The notes under the pieces are model-generated. The model saw only the letters and a program-made list of their open reading frames with translations. It had not been told where the DNA came from and made no database searches. Source: an uncultured delta proteobacterium (GTDB lineage: Bacteria; Desulfobacterota; Binatia; Binatales; Binataceae). Taken from it: a stretch of DNA of 64,000 nt. Positions 57,210 through 64,000 of the stretch are shown here, piece after piece (position 1 is the stretch's first letter; each line of letters begins with the position of its first letter). A program made the position numbers and the translations under genes. Where the stretch lies: positions 448,001-512,000 of the forward strand of contig CAVQEQ010000004.1 in the NCBI GenBank assembly GCA_963711565.1. The letters are read 5' to 3'.

Positions 57210-59807
57210 GTGCATCGAAGATTGCGGCAATCCGAAGATCCGAAACTAGGCGGCGCCAGTAGCACGCGACGGATCGCCGGCCCCGCCTCCGCGCTCGCCG
57301 CAGGTGTGCTGCTGCTGGTTGTTCTCCAAAGCGTTTCCAGGGGACTGGATTATCAGGGAGTAATCCACGCGCTTCGCGCAACGCCGCGCGCCCTCGTCTT
57401 CATTTCTATCGCGCTGACTGTTCTGAGCTACCTTGCGCTGGTGGCGCGGGACCTCTGCGCGCTCAGCTACGTGGGTGTCACCGTCTCGACCTCGGCTGTG
57501 CTGCTCGCCTCATTCTGCGGGTCGGCACTGGGCAACGCGGCCGGGTTTCGGGCGCTGACTGCCGACGCGGTTCGCGATCGGGTTTACGGCGCGGCTGGGG
57601 TGCGGCCAGAGCAGACCGCCCGGGTGATCCTCTTCAGCAACGCGGCTTTTGGGATTGGCCTTGGGGTGTTCATGGCCGGGGCCGCGATGTTGGCGGGACC
57701 GGCGATGGGCCGAATTTTACCAATCCCGCCCGTGTGGCTTCGATGCGAGGGGGCTGCGTTGTTGCTGGCGATCCTTGCGCTCCCGCTGTGGAGCGCGTGG
57801 CGGCGCGAACCGGTCAAGCTTGGGCGGCTCTCGCTCGAGATGCCTTCGCTTGGGAACATGATTCTTTATTTCATTGCGAGCACAGTTGACCTGGCCGCGG
57901 CCGCGGCCGCGTTATGGTTTCTCCTGGCGCGCGGAGGACTGGACTTCTTCAGCTTTGCGGCGATCTTCTCGGCGGCCACCGCACTTGGGGTGATCAGCAG
58001 GCTTCCGGGTGGCCTTGGAGTTTTCGAGGTCGTGATCCTGCTGGCGCTCAGGGGGATCGTGCCGGCGGACGAGATCGCGGCGGCGTTGCTGATCTATCGC
58101 GGCGTCTATTTCGTTCTGCCGCTGGTGTTGGCCGCGGCCGTGCTGGCGGGACTCGAATTGTGGGGCGCGACCGGCCGTTTCGGCTCAAAGGCGGCGGAGC
58201 GCCTCTCGGTTGGAGCGGGACTGATCGCGCCGATTTTTCTGACTGTGGTCACCTTCGCGGTCGGCGCGATGCTGGTCGCATCGGGCGCGACGCCGGCGCT
58301 GGATTGGCGGCTGGCGGCGCTGCAAGCTGTGCTGCCGCTATGGGCGGTTGAGATATCGCATCTGCTGGCGACGCTGGCGGGAGTGTTTCTGCTGTTCGTG
58401 GCGCGCGGCCTGTACCATCGGATGGACGGCGCATGGTGGCTCGCGCTGATCGTCACGCTGGCCGGCATCGTCTTCAGCCTCGCAAAGGCGCTGGCATTCG
58501 GCGAGACTGCGGCGCTGGTCTTCCTGCTGGCGCTGTTGCTGGCGACACGACGCCAATTCACGCGTCCCGCGGCGTTCCTGCATCAGCCGTTCAGGCTCGG
58601 CTGGTTCATCGCGATCGCCGTGGTCATGGCCGGCGCGACCGGGATACTGCTGTTCGCCTTTCGCGACGTGCCCTACCGCCACGAGATATGGTGGCAGGTC
58701 GAGTTCGACGCGCAGGCTTCAAGGTCGTTGCGTGCTCTGCTTGGAGCGTCGATTTTTGCGCTGGGGATTTCGCTCTGGCAGTTGATGCAGACAGCCCCGG
58801 GTCAGGTCGAGCCGCCTTCGGCGGAAGAGTTATCGCGCGCGTTGGCAATCATTCGGGCGCAGGACCGCAGCGCCACGATGCTGGCGTTGATGGGTGACAA
58901 GAGCTTCCTGTTTTCCAGCTCAGGCAAGTCGTTCCTGATGTATGCCAAGCGCGGCAGGAGCTGGGTTGCGCTGTTCGACCCCGTCGGACAACGCAAGGAA
59001 TGGCCGGAGCTGGTTTGGCGCTTCGTCGAACTCGCGGATGACCACGGCGGACGGGCTGCCTTCTACCAGGTCCGCCCCGACAACCTGCCGCTTTACCTGG
59101 ACGCGGGCCTCAGAGTCGTCAAGGTTGGCGAGGAAGCCTGCATCGACCTGGACCAATTCAACCTGGAGGGCTCGGAACGCTATGGACTCCGTCAGGCAAT
59201 CAAGCGCGGTGAACGGGAGGGACTGATGTTTCAGATCCTGTCGCCACGGACGGCATTCGAGAATGGCGGTGTCTTGAATCAGATTTCGGAAAGGTGGCTT
59301 ACCCGGCATAGCGCCGCCGAACGGCGATTCTCAGTCGCGGCCTTCGAGCCGCGGTTTATCGCGGCGCAGTCGGCGGCGCTCGCGCTGCGGCATGGCGAGC
59401 CGCAGGCCTTTGTCACCTTTATGACGACGGATTTGCACAGCGAGGCGACGATCGGACTCATGCGGCAGGTGCCGGACGCGCCACCCTACACCATGGAGTT
59501 CATGTTCACGCAGTTGGCGCTGGAGCTGAAAGCTCGCGGCTACAAGATGTTGAGCTTGGGCATGGCGCCGCTGGCGGGAATAGGACGGACGCCGCTTTCG
59601 TCGAAATGGAATCGGCTCGCGGGCCTCTTATGGGAGCATGGCGGACCGATTTACAATTTTCGTGGCCTGCGCAGTTTCAAGAACAAGTTTCGTCCATCCT
59701 GGGAACCCCGCTACCTGGCCGCTTCCGGCACTATCGGTCCATTCATCAGTCTTGCGGACGTTGCCGCGCTCGCCAGCAGTCACGGCCGGGACTCCTCGGC
59801 CGCATGA
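57210..59807 (+). CDS. mprF: Bifunctional lysylphosphatidylglycerol flippase/synthetase (start uncertain)
   Basis: Multi-TM with PGGLGVFE and LLIYR..YF; soluble domain LALMGDK, DPVG, K.GEEA, SLGMAPL, YNFRGLRSFK.KF.P.WEPRY. Confidence 0.92.
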   Translation: MHRRLRQSEDPKLGGASSTRRIAGPASALAAGVLLLVVLQSVSRGLDYQGVIHALRATPRALVFISIALTVLSYLALVARDLCALSYVGVTVSTSAVLLASFCGSALGNAAGFRALTADAVRDRVYGAAGVRPEQTARVILFSNAAFGIGLGVFMAGAAMLAGPAMGRILPIPPVWLRCEGAALLLAILALPLWSAWRREPVKLGRLSLEMPSLGNMILYFIASTVDLAAAAAALWFLLARGGLDFFSFAAIFSAATALGVISRLPGGLGVFEVVILLALRGIVPADEIAAALLIYRGVYFVLPLVLAAAVLAGLELWGATGRFGSKAAERLSVGAGLIAPIFLTVVTFAVGAMLVASGATPALDWRLAALQAVLPLWAVEISHLLATLAGVFLLFVARGLYHRMDGAWWLALIVTLAGIVFSLAKALAFGETAALVFLLALLLATRRQFTRPAAFLHQPFRLGWFIAIAVVMAGATGILLFAFRDVPYRHEIWWQVEFDAQASRSLRALLGASIFALGISLWQLMQTAPGQVEPPSAEELSRALAIIRAQDRSATMLALMGDKSFLFSSSGKSFLMYAKRGRSWVALFDPVGQRKEWPELVWRFVELADDHGGRAAFYQVRPDNLPLYLDAGLRVVKVGEEACIDLDQFNLEGSERYGLRQAIKRGEREGLMFQILSPRTAFENGGVLNQISERWLTRHSAAERRFSVAAFEPRFIAAQSAALALRHGEPQAFVTFMTTDLHSEATIGLMRQVPDAPPYTMEFMFTQLALELKARGYKMLSLGMAPLAGIGRTPLSSKWNRLAGLLWEHGGPIYNFRGLRSFKNKFRPSWEPRYLAASGTIGPFISLADVAALASSHGRDSSAA

Positions 59808-61234
59808 CGGGACTGAGTCGCGCGTTCGCGGCGATCGCGGTCGTCTGCTGCATCGGCGCTTCGCCGGCATACGCCATCGATGCGGGCCGCCTTGGCAGCG
59901 TCAAAATAGTCGAGCCGCCGGGTCCGGCACGCGGCGTGGTCATCGTGTTTTCCGGAAAAAAAGAATGGTCGGCAAAGGACGAGGCCGCCGCTCAGGCGAT
60001 TGCGAAGGGAGGGGCGCTGGTAGCCGAGGTTGACAGCCGCGAGTATTTGAATCGTCTCGATAAGCTCAAGGAGAGCTGTCACGAACTGGTATTCAACGTC
60101 GAATGGCTAAGCCGCGATCTTCAGCGGACGCGGAAGTTCCCGAAATACCTGACGCCGATCGTCGCAGGAATCGGCGAGGGCGGCACGCTCGCCGGAATAA
60201 TCCTTGACGAAGCTCCGGCCGTCACGATCGCCGGAGCAGTGTCGCTCGATCCCACCGAGACGATCGCGACCCGGCGCCCAATCTGTTCAGACGTGAAGGC
60301 GACGGCCCTGCGGCATCGCAGATTTCGCTACGGCGCTCCAAAGAAACTGGCCGGCTTCTGGGCGGTCGGCCTAACCTCGCGATCAGGTCGGGCCGATCGC
60401 GCCTATATGATGAAATTGCACCGTGAAGGCGCGCCCTTCGAACTCCGCCAAATCGCGGCGGATTCGACGCCGGGCGACGCGCTCCTGTCCATGATCGAGC
60501 CGCATCTTGCGAAACTCGCTCGAGCGGCCGTCAGCGCACCCGCGGCGATGGTTGATATTTCCGATTTGCCGATCGCCGAGCTGCCAGTCGAACATCCGGG
60601 CAAGCTGATGGCGGTGGTGTTATCGGGCGACGGCGGATGGCGGGATCTCGACAAGACGATCGCGGAAGACCTTCAGCGGCAAGGTGTCCCCGTCGTTGGG
60701 CTGGACAGCCTGCGATATTTCTGGAGCAAGAAAACCCCGGATCAAACGGCAGCCACGGTCGCTGCTCTGATCGAAACGTTCACGGCCCGGTGGCATGCCG
60801 ACGAGGTTGCGTTGATCGGCTACTCGTTCGGCGCGGATGTCATGCCGTTCGTCTACAACCGATTGCCCGAGAACCTGCGAGCACACGTGGCATTGCTGGC
60901 GTTGCTCGCATTTTCGAAGTCTGCGGATTTCCAAATCACTGTGCGAGGATGGCTGGGCGAGCCGCCTGGCGCCGACGCGATTGCGTCATTGCCCGAAGCA
61001 GACAAGATTTCGCCGCGGTTGATGCAATGCTTTTATGGACACGACGAAACGGATACCGCCTGCCCCGCCCTCGCATCGCGAGGGGTCGAAACCTACCGCA
61101 GGAACGGCGCTCATCACTTCGATGGCGATTACCAGGCCCTCGCCGACTTGATACTGCAGGGCTTCAAGAATCGCCTCTCAGCGGCGCGGCCTCTCCCCGC
61201 AAATCAGGGAGAAGCCGCCCACGGAGGTACATAG
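59804..61234 (+). CDS. acvB: AcvB/VirJ family lysyl-phosphatidylglycerol hydrolase
   Basis: SGDGGWRDLD, VVGLDSLRYFW, LIGYSFGADV, GAHHFDGDY; ATGA-coupled to mprF. Confidence 0.88.
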   Translation: MTGLSRAFAAIAVVCCIGASPAYAIDAGRLGSVKIVEPPGPARGVVIVFSGKKEWSAKDEAAAQAIAKGGALVAEVDSREYLNRLDKLKESCHELVFNVEWLSRDLQRTRKFPKYLTPIVAGIGEGGTLAGIILDEAPAVTIAGAVSLDPTETIATRRPICSDVKATALRHRRFRYGAPKKLAGFWAVGLTSRSGRADRAYMMKLHREGAPFELRQIAADSTPGDALLSMIEPHLAKLARAAVSAPAAMVDISDLPIAELPVEHPGKLMAVVLSGDGGWRDLDKTIAEDLQRQGVPVVGLDSLRYFWSKKTPDQTAATVAALIETFTARWHADEVALIGYSFGADVMPFVYNRLPENLRAHVALLALLAFSKSADFQITVRGWLGEPPGADAIASLPEADKISPRLMQCFYGHDETDTACPALASRGVETYRRNGAHHFDGDYQALADLILQGFKNRLSAARPLPANQGEAAHGGT

Positions 61235-61265
61235 GAGAAGCGCGCTGGGAGGAGTATGCGGCCCC

Positions 61266-61290
61266 GACCCTTTCCCATGAAGGAAGGGTC
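61266..61290. repeat. Family B-like hairpin between convergent genes
   Basis: gaccctttcc-catgaa-ggaagggtc, similar to 19759-19780. Confidence 0.45.
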
Positions 61291-61305
61291 AATCGGGATC
61301 GGAAA

Positions 61306-61572
61306 TTATTCGAGGCGCCAGAGGGAGCGGGCTGCGGTGGCGGAACGCTCTACGAACTTCTTGCCGTACTCGATTTGTGCGTCGAAAATCGGCGCGAGCG
61401 GCGTCTCCTTGGCCCACTTGGTGGCCGAGGCCTGCATATCAATCGCCTGCTTGGCGACTTTCTCGCTGGTGTCGATGTACCAGGCGGCGAATTTCTTCGC
61501 GCCCTCGACCGTAAACAGGCTGCCCATGCTGGTTAGACCCTCGAACATTGAACCGTTCTCTTTTTCTGCCAT
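61306..61572 (-). CDS. Small helical protein, probable phasin-like PHA granule protein (frame also open up to 61767)
   Basis: AGGAG RBS before ATG 61572; amphipathic Ala/Lys/Glu-rich; directly downstream of phaC. Confidence 0.5.
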   Translation of the reverse strand: MAEKENGSMFEGLTSMGSLFTVEGAKKFAAWYIDTSEKVAKQAIDMQASATKWAKETPLAPIFDAQIEYGKKFVERSATAARSLWRLE

Positions 61573-61759
61573 CGCTTCGTCTCCTGCTTGTCGGCGCGAC
61601 TCAAGCCCGCCGGCTGGTTTACTAACGTTAGTCGTCGAAATTGTTTTGGCTGCGGCGCCGATCGCGTCGGCGATCTTCTGCGACGCTATATTTCCTTTGA
61701 ACCCTTTTTCAGTCCGTTTCTTCGATCGCTTGCGCGGCGAACCCGGAGGTTTGGTTTCT

Positions 61760-62824
61760 TCAGTCATCGCGTGCCGCCAGCCAATTCGTGATTTGGGGCC
61801 ATAGCCGCTTGAGCGAGTCGGCGCTAATCGCCGCGCCCATGTGACCGGTCGGATAGTGCAGGTTCTGCTTGTCGTCGCTCGACACCAGCTCGGGCAGCGG
61901 CTCGCTCGACGCGGGATTGACGATATCGTCGCGGTCGCCGATTACGTTGAGCAGCGGGCACATGATGCGCGTGAGGTCCGCAATCGATTCGCCGACTTTC
62001 ATCGTGCCTTTCATCAGCGAGTTCTCGCGCCACATCTCGGAGGTCTCAAGGAAGATTCGACCAGCCATCGGCACGTCGCTATGGAGCCATCGCTCGAATA
62101 GCTTGAACGTGTCCAGATAGCCGGGGCGCGCCGAGCTGCGGTATGCGCCGACGAACTTGTCGAGCAGGTGATGCGTGGGCGCGAGCGTGTTGAAGAACGA
62201 GTACATCATCCAGGCCGGCGCGTTGCCGTAGAGATCGACGATCGTTTTGGCGCTGCGCGTGGTCATCGCGGCCGTCAGGTGCTCGATCGGCAACTGGCGC
62301 GGGCTGGTGTCGAGCGGAATCGTTAGGGTGATGAGATTCTTGACGTTGCCGCTGTGCAATGCGCTGTAGATAAGGCCGAGCAATGCGCCGAAGCAGTAGC
62401 CCAGGATCGAGATCTGCTGGATGCCGGTGTAAATCTGGATGGCGCGGACGGCGTTGGCGATATCGGTGTTTACGTACTCGTCGAAGCCGTGATCCTTGTC
62501 GCCCGCGCGCGGCGGTATCCAGTCGATCAGGTAAACGTCGAAGCCCTGCTTGACGAGATATTCGACGACGCTGCGGCCCGGCTGGAGGTCGAGGATGAAG
62601 GGGCGCTTGATGAGCGAGTAGATCAGGAGCAGGGGCACGGCTTTCTTGTTGGCGCCGCGCGCCTCGTAGTGGCGCAGCCGCACCAGGCCCGACTCGTAGA
62701 TGACGCGCGAGCGCGTCGCGGGCGGCGGGTCGTCCATGGTGGCGCCGAAGCCGGTGCGAAACGCGTCGAGCGTCCGCATCGTGCCTTCCATCCAGAGCGA
62801 GGCGATTTCGTTAATTGCCGACAT
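61760..62824 (-). CDS. phaC: Class III-type PHA synthase PhaC subunit
   Basis: PLLLIYSLI.RP.ILDLQP.RS.V..L...G.DVYLIDW, GYCFG lipase box (Cys), D.DDIV, TGH.G; ~355 aa. Confidence 0.85.
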   Translation of the reverse strand: MSAINEIASLWMEGTMRTLDAFRTGFGATMDDPPPATRSRVIYESGLVRLRHYEARGANKKAVPLLLIYSLIKRPFILDLQPGRSVVEYLVKQGFDVYLIDWIPPRAGDKDHGFDEYVNTDIANAVRAIQIYTGIQQISILGYCFGALLGLIYSALHSGNVKNLITLTIPLDTSPRQLPIEHLTAAMTTRSAKTIVDLYGNAPAWMMYSFFNTLAPTHHLLDKFVGAYRSSARPGYLDTFKLFERWLHSDVPMAGRIFLETSEMWRENSLMKGTMKVGESIADLTRIMCPLLNVIGDRDDIVNPASSEPLPELVSSDDKQNLHYPTGHMGAAISADSLKRLWPQITNWLAARDD

Positions 62825-63473
62825 CTTCACTCAGCTCCATCGGATCCGCGCCGGGCCATCCCGACCAGACCGAGAATTGGTAAACGCTGGTCTTCTTGGC
62901 CGGTACGGTCGAGGGATCGACGAGGGCCGCGGGATGTCCGTTGGTTTTGCGAGCGGAAGTTTTTTCGTCGGCTTGCTGGGTTACGATCGACTCGCGGACC
63001 GCAATGTGAAGTTCGCTGGCGAAGTCGTCCTTCGAGTCGCGCTCGGCGACGGCGTCGCGCAATTCCTCGCGCATCGCGCGTACGTCGCCGCGAATCGCCT
63101 CGACCTCAGCCGCCGACGGCAGGCCGACCGCAGGCCACAGCGCCGAGAAGAACGCGCCCGCGACGGCGGTGTTGAAGCGCTGGTATCGCAGCATGATATC
63201 GATCGCACCGCCGAGCACCTGGCCGACGGTGGGACTGGTGAGGACGCGATTGGTGGCGTTGTTGGCAGCGCCGATAACGGTGTCGTACGCTTTCCAGCCA
63301 AGCTCACGAACCTGGCGATCGATTCCCTTGCCGGCGATATCGGCCACCATCCGCTTTACTTTGGCGGTCGGCGGCTCGGGCATCAGGCATTGTGCGAGTT
63401 TCAAAATCTCGTCGGAAAAAGTCGAGTCGGTGGAATTCAGTTTGCTCCTTGGGTTGTCGTTGTTGGTGGCCAT
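62811..63473 (-). CDS. PhaE-like PHA synthase partner subunit
   Basis: Overlaps phaC start; VGLPSAAEVEAIRGDVRAMREEL resembles the PhaE C-terminal LxLPTxxE coiled coil. Confidence 0.55.
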   Translation of the reverse strand: MATNNDNPRSKLNSTDSTFSDEILKLAQCLMPEPPTAKVKRMVADIAGKGIDRQVRELGWKAYDTVIGAANNATNRVLTSPTVGQVLGGAIDIMLRYQRFNTAVAGAFFSALWPAVGLPSAAEVEAIRGDVRAMREELRDAVAERDSKDDFASELHIAVRESIVTQQADEKTSARKTNGHPAALVDPSTVPAKKTSVYQFSVWSGWPGADPMELSEDVGN

Positions 63474-63572
63474 CGGGGATTCCTCTCAGGTTCAGTGAAC
63501 GTATGCCTCAGTCTTGGCTAAGTAAGTTGCGGTAATATGACAGTTAGGTCAAGCATTAGATACACTTACGTT

Positions 63573-63588
63573 TGTCGCAGGTGTGACA
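63573..63588 (-). promoter_or_regulatory. Crp/Fnr-type box TGTCA-N6-CGACA (copy 1)
   Basis: + strand TGTCG-caggtg-TGACA. Confidence 0.6.
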
Positions 63589-63622
63589 AAAGGGGCAAAT
63601 CGGGGAGAAAAATCGCGCACAC

Positions 63623-63638
63623 TGTCACATTCGCGACA
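63623..63638 (+). promoter_or_regulatory. Crp/Fnr-type box TGTCA-N6-CGACA (copy 2)
   Basis: TGTCA-cattcg-CGACA, 50 bp from copy 1. Confidence 0.6.
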
Positions 63639-63740
63639 ATTACGTCGATTGTGGTAGGCATCGAGTGTACTGCGAGCGCCCCTAACCGACGCTCGCGAAG
63701 CTCGTCGATCTCTCCTGCGGGAAAGTTGTGATGGGGAAAT

Positions 63741-64000
63741 ATGGCGGCGGAAGGCAATGTAGATCCTAAATCGCTCACGCGCCTCAAGTCGCTGGCGTGG
63801 ATGCATCCGGAGCAGGCGCGGCAATTGGCGGCGGCGTCCGCGCCGCTCAAGGTGCCGCGCGAAGGCGCGATTTTCAGCGAGGGCGAGGCCTCGAGCCACG
63901 TCTACATCCTGCTGTCGGGCGTGGCGAAGCTCTGCTACGTGAATCGCGAGCAGCGCGTACTCGTGGGATTCGTCGGACCGGGTGAGGTGTTTGGATTGTC
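63741..64000 (+). CDS. Crp/Fnr family transcriptional regulator (cNMP-binding domain; 3'-truncated, absent from ORF track)
   Basis: MAAEGNVDPKSLTRLKSLAW...IFSEGEASSHVYILLSGVAKL...VGFVGPGEVFG. Confidence 0.8.
   Translation, partial: MAAEGNVDPKSLTRLKSLAWMHPEQARQLAAASAPLKVPREGAIFSEGEASSHVYILLSGVAKLCYVNREQRVLVGFVGPGEVFGL

Overview
High-GC bacterial chromosomal window made up mostly of housekeeping and metabolic genes. The gene mix (DUF1329, amidohydrolase_2, a Thr/Pro-linker beta-propeller surface protein, class III PHA locus) suggests Candidatus Binatota; this is inference, not a search result. Main content: an 11-gene complex I operon (nuoABCDHIJKLMN, no nuoEFG), purU, rsmI, aroQ-accB-accC, ligA, korAB-type 2-oxoacid:ferredoxin oxidoreductase, a DprE1/DprE2-like pair, a GLIC-like pentameric ligand-gated ion channel, mprF-acvB, and a phaE-like/phaC/phasin-like locus divergent from a Crp/Fnr regulator. 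I saw no rRNA, tRNA, CRISPR array, integrase or transposase. Most interesting signals: (1) a two-hairpin REP-like repeat family in inward-facing inverted pairs, enclosing a ~115 bp spacer at one site and the whole ion-channel gene at another; (2) a second inverted-pair repeat family; (3) two exact TGTCA-N6-CGACA (CooA-type) boxes between the PHA genes and the Crp/Fnr gene; (4) a 6S-RNA-like long hairpin upstream of tam; (5) patches of rare A/T-ending codons inside complex I membrane-subunit genes; (6) two low-GC orphan islets, one with a BhlA/UviB holin-like peptide. All calls come from reading motifs by eye; no database search was run.
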